This document shows, piece after piece, positions 13,033 through 26,300 of a stretch of 64,000 nt of DNA. Numbering within the stretch: position 1 is the stretch's first letter; the number at the start of each line of letters is the position of its first letter. The notes below the pieces were generated by a model. The model searched no databases, was not told the origin of the DNA, and saw nothing but the letters and a program-made list of their open reading frames with translations. The stretch comes from Porphyridium purpureum. Taxonomy: Eukaryota. The position numbers and the translations under genes are program-made. Where the stretch lies: positions 124,001-188,000 of the forward strand of contig VRMN01000001.1 of assembly GCA_008690995.1 (NCBI GenBank), given 5' to 3'.

Positions 13033-14754
13033 TCAGCGTCGCTTTCGTCGACCACGGAAAAACTCCCGAAACGTTCTAGCTTCTTCCTCGGAGTCTGTCA
13101 AACCTTCGACTTTCCCTTCTGCTGCTGCTTCGGCTTTTCTGTACCATTCCGCAGCGACTGCTTCATCGGCAACCGCGCCGCCTATGCCAAACTCGTAGTA
13201 CTCACCCATTTTGTCCATGGCATCGGCCACACCTTTCGCGGCTGCCTTGCGATACCAATTCAACGCCTTGAATTTGCTAGAAAGAAGTCCTCCTCTTCCA
13301 TACTCCTGGAATTCAGCAAACTTGCACTGGGCCACGGCGTGCTCTTTTCTTCCGGCCTTGAAGTAAAAATCCCGTGCTTTTGCATCGTCCATAGGTAGAC
13401 CACCTTTTCCCCACTCGAAAAAGTCGCCCGCATGGAACTGCGCTTCGGCGATGCCTTGCTTGGCGGCTTTGAGATACCATACCGCCGCCTCTGGTTCATT
13501 TTCTTGAAGACCCAGCTCCGCACGTTCATAGCAACGGCCCAACCTCAGCTGCGCTTCAGGGGCGCCGCCAACGGCTGCCTTGAAAAGCCATTTGACTGCT
13601 TTCTTGTGATTCACCGGGAAGCCATATTTCCCGCGCTCGTAAAAGTCACCAAGCTTGTACTGCGCGTCGCAGTCCCCTCCGACCGCAGACCTACGGTACC
13701 ATTTGACCGCCCTACGCTCATCCATATCAAGTTCTCCTTTTCCATACTCATAGTACAAGCCCAGCATGTACTGTGCGTCGGGGTCTCCACCGAGAGCGCC
13801 TTTGCGAAACCATTTCGCCGCCTCACGCTCATTTATGCGCAGTCCTCCCTCTCCGGACTCATAGCAGGTCCCCAAGTTGAACTGTGCTGGAGCAAAGCCC
13901 CGCCATGCTGCTTGGCGATACCAAAACACCTCGCTGCGATGGTTTGGCCGAGCGGAGCCTTGTCCCTGACCGACGCAGATGGCCAACCTATTTTGCGCCT
14001 CGACATGTCCTTGCCTTGCGGCGCGGAGTAGCCAAGGAACCGCGAGTCTGTCATCGGCTCGCATACCGCATTTCCCGTCCAAGTAGCACTGGCCCAGCTT
14101 GAACTGCGCGTCCGCATGACCCTCCATGGCCCGCTTCTCAATGGCCTCCCTTTCCATTCGCTGCACTTCACGCATGCGCGCTTCGGCAAATAAGCGCGCA
14201 AGATTCGGCTTCCCGCGAACTCCGCTCATATCCGAACCGTGCGCGAGCATCCCTTTCCTGTCGCACGACAGGCCCAGCGCATTCTTGGCTTCGTCGTGCC
14301 CTTGCAAGACAGCCTTTTGCCACCAGTCGACCGCCGTGTGGTAATCTACTCCAAGCCCAAATTTCCCGAGTTGGTAGCAGATGCCCAGTTGATACTGCGC
14401 CTCGGCATCGCCAGCCTCTGCAGCCCTGCGGATTGCTTCTCCCTCTTCTCGATCCGCATATCGCCACCAAGCTCGGCCCCCGGCAGGAGCCACTGTCACG
14501 CGTTTAGACGTCGCGCTGCAAAAACTGCTCGCACACAGACCACGCGTTCCCGACCATGTCGCGCCGCACACCACAGGGAGTCCATGCGTGGTCGACGCCG
14601 CAGCCGTTGTCTCGACAAAGTGTCCTGGCCGCCTCGTCATAAACGTGCTTCTCCACTTCATTGTCAGGCGCCACTCTGGGCGAATACCGCCTCCGCGCAG
14701 CGCGATACCGGCGCGCGGACTCACGCTGCGTACAACGCACCAAGCTCGCGCCAT
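13033..14754 (-). CDS. SEL1-like repeat protein (about 10 repeats), probable mitochondrial presequence
   Basis: 573-aa ORF with repeated 'AQYxLGxxYExGxxGLxxDxxxAxxWyxKAAxxG'; Arg/Ser/Ala-rich, acid-poor N-terminus. Confidence 0.93.
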   Translation of the reverse strand: MARAWCVVRSVSPRAGIALRGGGIRPEWRLTMKWRSTFMTRRPGHFVETTAAASTTHGLPVVCGATWSGTRGLCASSFCSATSKRVTVAPAGGRAWWRYADREEGEAIRRAAEAGDAEAQYQLGICYQLGKFGLGVDYHTAVDWWQKAVLQGHDEAKNALGLSCDRKGMLAHGSDMSGVRGKPNLARLFAEARMREVQRMEREAIEKRAMEGHADAQFKLGQCYLDGKCGMRADDRLAVPWLLRAARQGHVEAQNRLAICVGQGQGSARPNHRSEVFWYRQAAWRGFAPAQFNLGTCYESGEGGLRINEREAAKWFRKGALGGDPDAQYMLGLYYEYGKGELDMDERRAVKWYRRSAVGGDCDAQYKLGDFYERGKYGFPVNHKKAVKWLFKAAVGGAPEAQLRLGRCYERAELGLQENEPEAAVWYLKAAKQGIAEAQFHAGDFFEWGKGGLPMDDAKARDFYFKAGRKEHAVAQCKFAEFQEYGRGGLLSSKFKALNWYRKAAAKGVADAMDKMGEYYEFGIGGAVADEAVAAEWYRKAEAAAEGKVEGLTDSEEEARTFREFFRGRRKRR

Positions 14755-16448
14755 CTCACTGCCATCATCACGTCACGCTTGCGCCCGACGAGCTCGAAGT
14801 CGCGCCGCCGCTGCCGCCGCTCGTCGAGTTCGTGTCGCGCTTGGACGCCGAACGCGCAGGCTCGTTGCGGGTTTCCGAGCTAGTTCTGGCCCCGTGTCGC
14901 AGACAGGTTGACGATGTAGAGCGACGCGAAAGAGTCGCCGAGGCAGTGGTCGGCGCGAACACGGTCGTCGGGCTCCCGGCAGCGCGTACGCTCCGCAAGA
15001 TGGCCGTGGTCGTGCGGGCAGGGGATAATCGGGAGGCTGGCCGTGCGCATACCGGACATTTGCGCTGACGGGCGCGTCCAAGTAGATGTCGGAGGCTTCA
15101 GGCTACAGGATCTTTTAGAGAATCCCTTCGTAGCACAATTTGCGGCAGGCGCTGTTAATTAACATGTGGACCCGGCGGCTATCGCATACTACGGTGGCAT
15201 GCGCGTACTGGTTCCACATGATGTCCAGCGGCCTGCAGGCCTTTGGTCGATCTATGGCTTCACGAGGCCGAGGCACGTGCCGGAAAGCTTTCCGCAGAGG
15301 AGGTCTTTCGTATATCTGCTATTGGACGTCATGCCCACGTTGTCGCAGCAAAGTATCGCACGCGACTCCCAGTTGGCGACCAAAATGCACGCGGCCATGC
15401 AGCTGCGTGCGATGCTGGAAAGTTGCTTGCCTTTTGGCGTCGAGTCTCCTCGTCGGACTTGGCGTGGCCGCTTTGATAAAAGCCCCAGAGCATTATGTTC
15501 CGACACGGCACCAAAGTCGCAGCCGAGCACCTCGCAGAACACGTAGCCATGCGTTCCAAGCAGATGGTGCGACAGAACCACGCAGACCGCGAGGAAGAGG
15601 CTCGTTTCAACCGATGACGGCACGGTTGTCGCGGCTGATCGGGCTATGAGGGCCCAACTTTTGGGCGTTCCCAAAGCCAGTCGAGTCATATTCGTTTCTA
15701 TGCTAGTGGCGGCAAACCAGCACGTTATCATGGGCCTTGGCTTTGGGACTCTCGACGGGACTTTGCTCTGCTTTAGGGAAACGCTCCTTTTTTGTTGTTG
15801 TTGTTTTCTTCCAAAGCGCGATGCTCGTGTCGACATGTACTTGACTCTAGACAGATTGCCAGCCGGCTTCAATCTCGATCTTCTTGCTTGCTTGGCCTAG
15901 CTGGTGTCTGTTTCTGTCGTTCAGCGGTCATTTGTAAATCTTTTCGAGCAGCTTTTGGCCTTTTAACCTGGCACAAACGCCAGAAAGACGCGGCGACGAA
16001 TGTACGATGCAAGCATTCCGGCTTCTGTGGAAAGCTAATGTACGAAATGTTCAGGTGGTCCAGATGCAAGTGGATCGCCCACAGACGCAAAGGAGGTACT
16101 TTGCAGTCCTTGCTAGACTGAAGTGCTCGCTCATGCGGAACCAATCGCCACAAAGATCATCTTCGCAAGCGAATCGAGTTCCCTACACGAAGCGGTATCG
16201 ATGGATGAAGCTCACATCACACGACCGCGTGCAGCTGGGAAAATACAAGAAATTCGCAGTGTGACAAAAAAGAATTCTGATACTCGTCACTTGAGAGCTG
16301 GCCGACAATAATTGGCAAAGAATACAGCCGCCCAGAGTGGAAGATAGCAGTTTCACACCCAAAGCTTCGGCTCGGCGGACGGCCTTGAGGTCCTTCGTTT
16401 CATTAATTTGGAGATCGCATCATGTCGGGCGAATGCATTTGAGGCTTC

Positions 16449-17552
16449 TCACTCGAGACCCTTTTTACACCGATTGTACCATTCCTCAGCTTTTTTCTTG
16501 TCGATCGTAAAGTCGCATGTGCCGTGTTCGTAGCAGTAGCCCATATAGAATTGAGCTTCTTCATAGCCTTGCTTCGCGGATTTGCGGTACCACTTTGCCG
16601 CTTCGATCTCGTTTATCGCAAGACCGCCCTTTCCAAACTCGTGAAAGAAGCCATACCAAAACTGCGCAGGTGCATGACCTTGCTTGGCGGCTCTGTGAAA
16701 CCAATATATAGCGGTACGCTCATCCTCAGGAAGCCCACCGTCTCCATGATAGTAGTTAACACCCATTTCATATTCGCCAGGAGCATGAAACTGGTCTGCT
16801 GCTCTGCGGTACCACTCCAGAGCCAAACTCATATCAAGTCGAAGCCCTCCTTTCCCACTTTCGTAGTACTGACCTAATCTTACCTGCGCATCTGGGTCTC
16901 CTTGTTCGGCCAACTCGCGAATTCTGCGAACGCCATCATCTTCAGTGCCACCGTCACTTTCGAGAACGACCTTCTCCAGCCAGTCCTTCTCTGAGCCCTT
17001 GTTCTTTGACGCTGGCTCAGAGTCTGTCGGGCGTTCCTGGACAATCTCAACTTTGGAGGGCGTGTTCTCTTCATCCGCGCCGTCTGCAATTCCCTCAGAT
17101 TCGCGCTCCTGTCTCGCGTGAGGACGAGCACCGTCCTCCATAACTACATCGTCAGCGCCTGCCTGTCGCTCTTCCTGGTCTCTCGGGAGGTCAGCTGTGT
17201 CTGCAAACATGCGCACGCCGCTCCAGCTCAGCCAAGGTTTATGGCTCATTTCTGTGCGAGATACCAAACCGGTCGTCGCCACAGGCGCAGAACATAGATT
17301 CGCCTTCTGTCTGGCCACATCACTCCGTCGCACAATGCGGGCACGAAGAAAGGCACTTGCCCGACGGCTCATGCACGAAGACATGTAGCACGCCTCGGCA
17401 CTGCTCCACGTGCGGCCGCGCACGGCGCGAGAAAAGACTGCAGACTCGCGCAGCCTGCACAACTTGATTGGGAGAACGCAGGTCATTTCTCTTCTTGACG
17501 CCAGACTCGTCTGCTGCCAAATGGACGTGACAGAACCAGTGCTTTCTTGCAC
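16449..17552 (-). CDS. SEL1-like repeat protein
   Basis: 367-aa ORF with about 4 C-terminal SEL1 repeats (GDPDAQVRLGQYYESGKGG...). The true start may be a downstream ATG. Confidence 0.9.
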   Translation of the reverse strand: MQESTGSVTSIWQQTSLASRREMTCVLPIKLCRLRESAVFSRAVRGRTWSSAEACYMSSCMSRRASAFLRARIVRRSDVARQKANLCSAPVATTGLVSRTEMSHKPWLSWSGVRMFADTADLPRDQEERQAGADDVVMEDGARPHARQERESEGIADGADEENTPSKVEIVQERPTDSEPASKNKGSEKDWLEKVVLESDGGTEDDGVRRIRELAEQGDPDAQVRLGQYYESGKGGLRLDMSLALEWYRRAADQFHAPGEYEMGVNYYHGDGGLPEDERTAIYWFHRAAKQGHAPAQFWYGFFHEFGKGGLAINEIEAAKWYRKSAKQGYEEAQFYMGYCYEHGTCDFTIDKKKAEEWYNRCKKGLE

Positions 17553-18040
17553 GCCCCCGGCGAATAACGAGTCCGGGGCAATTTTGCTGAATGCGTGTAT
17601 TCACTCGCCGACCACCGCGAGAGGACTAGAGTCAGCACACCGCCCGACGGAAGCTGCACAACCTTGGCATCAACTCAACTTTCCCGGTGCCAAGTCGACC
17701 TTGTCCGTGGATTGGATGGAAAATATCTAGCGCTTGGCCAGCAGCAGCGAGAAAAAGGCGAGTCTTGGAAGACACTGGCTTTATGAGAGGACAACAACAG
17801 GCACGCGGAGCGGACTTCGGTGTTCATTTGATATCGAGAGAGACAATCGAACTGCGTGGCAACAAATCGCTGCGCCGTGCGGACGAAATGACAAGGCGCC
17901 ATCGAACGCGACCTGAACCATCGTTCTGCATTGACCGAATACCTCGACCATCCTCTGAATCGCCATGGTTTAAAGCCATGGAGCTTTCGAGGCCAGCCCG
18001 CTCGAGTCCAGACCAAGTCTTGTGCACAGGTGGCGCATTT

Positions 18041-19183
18041 CTAAGCGCCCTTTACATTCGTCGGACGAGACAAACAGTACAGTTCTATTTTCTCCTTCGC
18101 AGGGCCCCAACCTTGATCTGCAGCCTTGTAAAGCCAGAACGCTGCGATACGGGTGTCTTCAGGGAGGCTAGCTTCTCCGTGGTAATACAACAAGCCCAAA
18201 AGTGTCTGTGCAAGGTCGTAGCCTTGGTCTGCAGACTTGCGGATCCAGTACACAGCTTTGGCCTCGTCCAGCGGAACGCCTCCTTTACCGTGATACAGCA
18301 TCACACCCAGGTTGAACTGCGCTTGGTGATTTCCCAGCTTGGCGGCTTTGCGAGTACACACAATTCCCTTTTCAGTGTCGTATTTCAGGCCTCCGGTTTC
18401 ATTCATGTAATTGACGGCCATCTCAAACAGCGCTCCGGCATGATCCTGCTTCGCAGCTTTACGATACCACTCGACCGCCGCTTTTGGATTTTTTTCGGCG
18501 CCTCGTCCTTCCTCAAAAGCCATGCCGACGCAGTACTGCGCCTCGGCGTTTCCTTGCTGTGCGGCTTTCAGAAACCAGTCGAACGCCTTGAAGTGATCTG
18601 ACTCGAGACCGCATTCTCCCTTTTGATATGCGACGGCCAAGACGAGCTGGGCAAGCACGTATCCAGCATCTGCCGATTTTCGAATCCAGAGCAGCGCCTC
18701 AGTAGAGTTTCCTTTGTCCTTCTCTCGTAGCCCGCGCTGGCACCACGCCTCGCTTTCGTCACCTACTGCTTCCTCGCTTGCTGGCGCTTGCGGAGCGGGC
18801 GGATTCGGGTCTGCTTCGCGTTCAGCATGATTCTCAGATTTCGCGGCATTCAGAGTTGCCTTGACTGGATCGTACGGTGGTAGTGTGTTGGAACTCGACG
18901 CTTCACGTTGAGAATCCCTTGGGCTGTCATTACCTACAATCACTCCCGTCAAACGACGAGCCGAGTGTGACGACGCCCGCGTGATAGACACAAGCCTACC
19001 CGCACGCATTGCTGCGACTCTGCTCGTCGACGACGCTACGGTTCCGAATCGCGCTGGAGTCACGCTTCCGCGAAGCCAATCTCGCGGCGTGCTCCACACC
19101 GGCCCGCCACACGCAACCGTATCTCGCGTGCACGAACGCACGACCGCGCCGCGCGCGACGCGCAAGCAGCTCACGTTCCTCAT
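18041..19183 (-). CDS. SEL1-like repeat protein, probable mitochondrial presequence
   Basis: 380-aa ORF with about 5-6 SEL1 repeats (GNAEAQYCVGMAFEEGRG...) and an Arg-rich N-terminus. Confidence 0.92.
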   Translation of the reverse strand: MRNVSCLRVARGAVVRSCTRDTVACGGPVWSTPRDWLRGSVTPARFGTVASSTSRVAAMRAGRLVSITRASSHSARRLTGVIVGNDSPRDSQREASSSNTLPPYDPVKATLNAAKSENHAEREADPNPPAPQAPASEEAVGDESEAWCQRGLREKDKGNSTEALLWIRKSADAGYVLAQLVLAVAYQKGECGLESDHFKAFDWFLKAAQQGNAEAQYCVGMAFEEGRGAEKNPKAAVEWYRKAAKQDHAGALFEMAVNYMNETGGLKYDTEKGIVCTRKAAKLGNHQAQFNLGVMLYHGKGGVPLDEAKAVYWIRKSADQGYDLAQTLLGLLYYHGEASLPEDTRIAAFWLYKAADQGWGPAKEKIELYCLSRPTNVKGA

Positions 19184-19321
19184 TCCGTCCGGCTCTCCTC
19201 CACGTGCCGCACCACGCGCATGCTCGACGCTGTTTGCACTGCGGAACGTTGCTATGTCGATTGGCGAGTGCAGCAGTCTGGATATTTACGGAGCGAGCTG
19301 GTACTGCGGTCGGTAGCAGCA

Positions 19322-19648
19322 ATGGTCGGACAATGGCGCACACAGACGCGCGGCGCAGCGTGCGCGGCGCTGTTGTGCTTGTACGCCTGGGCCTGCTCGG
19401 CGAGAAATGTGTGGATGTCGGAGTACGCGAGGCGCGTCGTGTTTGCGTTGCCGGCGTACGCGTTCGTCGTTTTCTGCTGCTTTGCGCTGGCAAACGTGGG
19501 CGTGGGTCTTGCGACATTTCCGGAATGCCCGCATGAACTAGTGCTGCTTCAACAAGATCTCGCGGAAGCCCGTGCGGAGCTAGAGCACGCCGACGTGTTT
19601 GGATCTGCAGCAGAGGACGAAGCCGCAACAAAGGCACGGAACAGTTGA
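19322..19648 (+). CDS. DPM3: Dolichol-phosphate mannosyltransferase subunit 3
   Basis: Two hydrophobic helices followed by 'LPAYAFVVFCCFALANVGVGLATFPECPHELVLLQQDLAEARAEL', the DPM3 pattern. ATG at 19322 is in frame. Confidence 0.8.
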   Translation: MVGQWRTQTRGAACAALLCLYAWACSARNVWMSEYARRVVFALPAYAFVVFCCFALANVGVGLATFPECPHELVLLQQDLAEARAELEHADVFGSAAEDEAATKARNS

Positions 19649-20308
19649 GCACATTGCACGAGGCACACAGGATTTGCGATCGCGTGCTTCGGAAGATCCT
19701 TACCGCTTCTCTGAACTGTGTCAATGAGGCGAGCGCGTGCCAATATGTGACTCTGTGAGAGTGGATTCACTGAGTGGACGTCGAAGAGCATGCACCAGTT
19801 GTATACAAGTGGCGTGCGCGAGCGCCATGCGTAGGCTAGACTCAGTCAGATACTCAACTTGAGGAAGCACGGTTGGAGACATCTCCTTCGCGCCGGAGCG
19901 CGAATCAGGACGAGACAGCCTGAATCGCGCGTACTTGTCGGATAGGTTTTTCCCGCTCGACATGGGCCCGAAGTGAGAAAGATTCCGTTAAGCTACTTCG
20001 AGCGCTCCTGCAAATCATTATTTAACCCTTTCACCCGCTAGTCAGAAGTACGCAGACGTGAACTATTCATTTTCAGACCAGCAAAGCCATCGCGCTTGAA
20101 AAATCTGGCTCTCCAGTGTTCCGTGGAACCACTTTCCGTCCTTCTCGCTATCACTACATGCTCATGGAACGATTAGTAGGGCTGCCATGCAGACAAGGTG
20201 CCATTTGTTGTAGCTTGAGTATGTAAAGCTTGGGCAAACTCGCGCGGCTGAGATGGCTGACCGCAGGCGGGTCAACCTAGCTTATTCTATCTCTCAATCG
20301 TAAAATGC

Positions 20309-23300
20309 CTACGTCCGTTCGAGGCTCCACCGATTCAATGCGGTCATTTCAAACAGAATCTCAGACTCGAAATCAGACTCACGCACACGTGCAGACATGT
20401 ACGGGTCCTCATGTAAGCGCTGCAGCATCCCAGCCAGTGTGTACATGGCAACGGCATCCTCCTCCCCTGCGCTATGATCCTGTCCCTTTGCACGCTCTGG
20501 TTCCGGCCCTGTGCCACTGCTTGCAGCGTCACTGCCACCCAGCTCAAACGCGCGCACCCAAGGTGCGCGAGCGGCATCTTCACCAAGCTCTGGACCGAGT
20601 GCAATGCGGGTAACCAACGGCATGATGCCTTGAGCATTATCTGCGGGTGATCCCGGATCAGACGCCACGCTGGTGCTGCCAGGCGCCTTGTCGATCAGGA
20701 AAAAGCACAGCTCATAATTAAAATCGTGCGAGCATAGCGCTCGCGCAAGACGGAGGAAACGGAGCGCGGCGATCGACTCGATGTACGATCGCTGCGGCGC
20801 TTCCAAAATGCGGAATAGCTCGCTTACGATAGACGCCTTGATGGGGGAAAATGCGACACTGGAGCTGCGAATTAGTAGCACACGCGCGCAGAGCAATGCA
20901 GCCTGTGTAATCCGAGCATGCCCGATCCTGAACAAGTCACGCAGTCGCTCCAACACGAAAGGCGTCTGCTCGTCAAAGCCACGGGACCCATGCTGGTTTC
21001 CTGCAAAATAGAGCACGTACACCATACGACACACCGTCTTGACCACCGCGCTCAAATCCAGGTCAGAGCTCCCCAGCATTAGTGCCTTTCCGATTGACGA
21101 CCCAATGGCACTGCTCACCGCACCCAGCGAGACTGTGGTGGCCGTGCCAGATCGGCCGCCTGCCACAATCATACTTCGCTCCCCGGACGCCTGACTCTGA
21201 TCTCGAGTCGAGCTGTTTGTACTGCTGCTACTCCCACCACCACTTGTGGCGCTGGAGCCCAGCCCGTTCGGCATGGACGCGGCAATCACACTGAGCGACG
21301 CTCGCTCGACAGCAACGACTTGGGAAATCAGTCTGCCCACGTGCGTCTGCAATGCGCGGTGCTTGCTCAAAGCCACAAGAAGCGCCGTGTCTTCTAGAAG
21401 ACCGAATACCTCTCGCCGTGCCAGTTTCGCACTCCAGTCCTTGCGGCTGAGTATGGTTATCAAATCCATGGCGTAAGCAACAGCGGAGACGCACACCGAA
21501 ACCGAACTTGGCTCCACCGCTGAAAGCAATCCTCTCGTGCCCGTTTTGATGCGGCTGGCACAAACCGAAAGAAGCGACTGGAGCATAGAGATCGCCGACA
21601 CACGATCTTCCTGCTGCGCAACGTCGAGCAACTCCACCGCGTGTGCCCGCGCAACGGCCAATGCCATGACACCAAAGTGGAGCGTGAGCTGCTGCCGGTC
21701 GGGCGTTTCGTGCGCCTCGCCGCTCTCACTTGGAGTTCGGAGTGCGCGAATGCTTTGCGCAGCATTTTCAAGATCGGTCGAGCTGATGGTCATATTGCCG
21801 GCGATCAACGAACTGCAAGACGCCAATGCCTGTGTCGCTAGCGCCGCAATTTCCTTTTTCATTCTACGGTCCGAGCCGTCCGCTGCACTACCTGAACAGC
21901 GCACTATGCTAGAAAGCAACCGCACGGTGCAGATCTGGGCACCCGCGTTCGTGGACTCAGAGATGACCGCTCGGCAGCATGTTAGCAGCACTGGCACCGC
22001 AGAACTGATCTGCTGTTGGAACAAAGATTCGTTCGAAGATGCCGTTGATGATGACGCACAGAAATCAATAACCTGCGTGAGAAGAGATAGGGTACCAATT
22101 AACGCATTCGCGGCTTGACAAGTCCCGATGGCTAGGTCCATAAAAGCAAGATCGTCTGCTGCGGGCACCGAGCCAGCAGCACTGAGGTACGCATACTTGG
22201 CGGTAGCTGCCGCTTGTATCACAGACGAAGTAGGTTGCGACATTGAAGCGGAGCCTGCACCAGGATTGAATCTGCCCCCCGACCCAGTCGCCGTTCCCGG
22301 TTCCTCTGCAAACGTTTGCATTCGTGGCAGAAATCCCAAAGCACCATTCAGATTAAGCTCCGAGGCACGCATGAACTCCGAACCGTGATCACCTTTGCGA
22401 CGGCGTGCTGGGCTGCGAGGTGAATTCTCCACGTTTTGAAACAAGCTCATGAATCCGTCTAGGCACGACTTGCTCAGCGTTCGCATCCACTTGCTCGCCT
22501 CACGCACTTCCTGAGCGCCTTCATTGACGCTCATGCAAACGTGCACAATCATTGCGAGCGCGTGCAGCGGGTGGGCGATGACCGCTGCACCCACCGATCC
22601 ACTTGCAAGCACAGGAGAGCCGGGAAATCTTCCGCATTTGAGCACAATATCCAGCACATATTCCTGAATGGTTTGGTACTTGATCATCCGCGCCCTGGCG
22701 CTCTGCGCTTCGTCTACGCTGATGCAGCCATTCATAATTCCTAGCGGAAGTGTCAGGAAGCGCGCATGCACGCGCCACCAGACATGCACCAGCACGAACA
22801 TGAGATCAGACGGGTACAAGACGCCAAATGAATTCAGTGTGGACAAAATGAATGCCCGGCCGCGATGACCCTGCGCTGCAAGCTGAGCCCGCGGTGCGAC
22901 CTGCTGAAGTCGCTGACGATGATCTCGCAGCTGCGGGTGCTGTACATTTTGGTTCCCGTGCTCATCCAGCATCCAGAAAAACGCATCATACATGCTGCTG
23001 ACGCTTGCGACTCTCGCGGGAATCCATGCATGCGCAAAACACTCCACGAGTCGCGGCATGAGGGCGAAAACGGTACAATGCACATCGCGCGCAATCTGCT
23101 TGCTGATGGCGCCCGTCATCTGCCCCAACAGGCGATCGCTATGGCCACTGGAGCTGCTGGAAATAAACGTGTCGCGCATCAAACCTTCGATGTACTCAAA
23201 AGCTGAACGACCAGCGCTGCCAGAATAGTTAGGTTGTCCCGCCGCTGCGCTTGACGCAGATTTATCTTGATGCGTCAGCAAAGTTGCTCCATTCTCTGCT

Positions 23301-26300
23301 TGCAGGGACAGCCGGCCACTGAGAGACGACAAAGTAGCGTTCGTGGACATGGCGCCGATTATAACCTGACGGACGGAGCGCAGAATCGTAAGGTTGCTGC
23401 ATGTTGATCCCTGCACGGGCCGTTCGACACTCTCCATCAACTCGCCGCCGAGGATGTGCAATGATCCAAACACCAACTGCGGAAGAAATGTGACATCGAA
23501 TACGTCGCTGAAGCCCACGCCCACACCGTGATTCCATGAGCACATGCGTATCGTCAGCAAGCAGAACTGCGTCCAACGGGATACAAAAGCATCACCGTAC
23601 GCTCCGTCCGCATCATGTCTAAACACACATGCATTCCGTAAGCCATGCCACACGCATGGAGCAAGGGTCGCGGCAAATGAATCTGATGCCTGGGACTGGG
23701 GTGGGAGTTCGGGCGTCAAGTGACCGCCACCTGTGCTTCCCACTTGGCTCGCATGACTCTCGCCATCATCACCAGCCGCTGAAGGGCCACGTTCATGGGC
23801 GCGAGCAAGCGAAGACACCCAAAAGAACGATTCCAGCGCGTCCAACAAATGCTTCTGGAGCATTTTGTCGTCAAGCGCGATTGAATAAAACAGATTCTGA
23901 AGGAAAGCTTGTGCGATGTGTGCGCGTACTTGCTGAGCACTGGCAACGCTGGAAGACCATGACGACACCAGCGACGACGATGCTGCGGAAAATAGCTTAG
24001 CAAGGAGCTCGGCGGCCATAATCGCGAGCGCGCGGAGCTTGGACTTGCTGGGCCGTAGCATAATATCACTCGGGTCATCCCTTTCCTTTTCATCCGCGCT
24101 TTGCGCGACCGAGGTCTGAGCCATCACGGCGAGCTGGATGAGCACGTAATGGCCAATGCACTCAAATGCTACAATCAATATTGCGTGAAGATACGTTCCG
24201 CCTCCATCACCATCTTCCACAAAGTTCGTTAGCGCCAACTTTCTCAGCTTGAGCTCCTGAACGCGCAAGTCCTCATGAATGTGAGACTGAGCACCCCCTG
24301 CTCCGGAAGAGCGCGTTGATGACTTTTTAAAATTGTCATACAGCGCGGAGAGCGACATGGAGACCTCGACTGAGCACTTTGCACGCAAAAGCGATTCCAT
24401 TGTGGACGTCGGCTCGAAGAGGAGCTCCATCAATCCATCCATCCGATCTCCACCGCCTCTGCCAGTGGTGGTCAATGGGCTCGCGTTCATGCCATTCATA
24501 TTCGAAGACTGCGAAAGAATCGGTGACAACGACCCGGCGGCTGCTTGTCCAAACCCATCTGCCGTGCCAAAAAGCGCTGCATTGGCTGGAGGTCCTGTCG
24601 CGGCACCGACTGCATGCAGAGAGACGAGGTCGCGGATACGCTGAATGGCGTACTGGCTACGCGCCACGTCAAAGGACTCGGAGGCAAACGCACTAGTAAG
24701 TTCAGGCTGCTCTGAGTATACACGTGCTGGCAAAAGCAGCAGGCGGAACAGCGGGTCTAGCAATGTGCCTGGAGCAAAGCGCATCATTCGGGCGAGCCAT
24801 GTTTGCACAAATGCGCACACGGACAGATTCTCCTTATTGCAGATCTGCAGACCATTGCTACTGCCGGATCCTGAACTCGCTGCGTCAAGAAACAGACATA
24901 GCAGCGCGTCAGATGTGGCCACGGACATCAAAAGGTGATGCTCAATACTCAGATCCCATAATGAAGCGAGGCACTGCAAGTTCTGCAAACGCGCAGAAGC
25001 AAGCGCAGGCTTCGCATTCGCAGAATCTACACTGAATAATCTCTTGCCACTACTTGCATCAGCAAGAATACCGTCCGCCACAAGTGCATGGGCAGCGTCT
25101 GTAAAGCTGCGTTCCAAGCCAAGCCAAAGCTCAGCGCACGCTGCGTTCGCTGATGCGCGCGAGGGATGCAGCAGCCGCCATGCCCGGCATATGCATGGAC
25201 GAATCAAGCCCATCTCAATCGATTCTGGCGCCTCTGATGCGTCAAAGGCAATCAGCAGGCCGAGTCTTTGCATCACACGTTGGTCCATGTCAACGCGAGA
25301 AGCATCGCCCGACAGATAAAGAATGTTTTCCGATTGATCCAATTCAAAGCCCGAACGCATGCCAATTAACTTTCCCATGCGAATGCAGAACGCATCACTC
25401 ACGCTGTGCTTCTGAAGCGCCGGCGCGCTGCCATCCATGAGCGCAAATAGCTCAGAAAGTGGTTCCTTCTTGACTTTCTCGCGTCTTTCTCGCGGTACGT
25501 ATCGCGACACGTCAATGAGAGTCCTTAGGCCAGCAAACACAATGCCAAGCGACGAAGAGACAACACAGCGGTTTGCGCAGATGAGTACAAGACGTACGAG
25601 TGTCATCAGCGCGAATGAAGAGTCGTCTAGAGCGCTAGCGTCCTTGACGGTGCCTAATGAGGCTGTTGCACGCAAAAGCAGGCCGCTGATGATACTGGTC
25701 CCTGCAAGCGCGACCGAAACCTGCAAGTCAGACGCCTGTCCAGACAAGCCCAAATCATCGCTTGCTCCGCGTCCCACTCCTGCATCGGCAATTGTCTGAT
25801 CCTGCGTTTGATGCGAATGCGATTCAGCTTCAAAAGACTCGCTGGCCTGGTTGAGTGGGCGCATATCGCTGCAGACGCGCTCCACACGCACGCGCATGTA
25901 GAGCCAGATCCAGAACACGGTTGCTATTTGTACTGCGCTCCGCATGAATAATGTCGTGCACCGTTTGTTTTCAGCGCGGCTCAAAGCGCTCAGTAACAGA
26001 ATCGTCACTTGCATCCATCCATGCAAAGCGACATCCGTATGCGTGTCGAGTGCTCTCGTCAAATCAATGCCTTCTTGACTATCAGCAGAACCATCATCGC
26101 GCATCAGCACACGCTCGTAAAATCCTGCACAAGTCGCGAGCAAGCTCGGAATCCAGTCAAGCTGAGCCTCGCGCGAGTTCAGAGGAAGTGTCTGCAGTGC
26201 GAGCAGGACAACCGAGAAGAAAGAACTCTGACTTTCGGCGAGAGTCTGCGTGTGAAGCATGTACTTGCACAAGTCTGCATAAAATGCGTCGTTGCCGATG

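Noticed and set aside
14768..16330. Possible gene between the SEL1 genes (CPVC motif, 206-aa ORF)
   Set aside because: No coherent ORF or recognisable domain could be assembled.
17687..18601. 304-aa plus-strand ORF and the many other antisense ORFs over real genes
   Set aside because: Shadows of GC-rich coding sequence on the opposite strand; no motifs.
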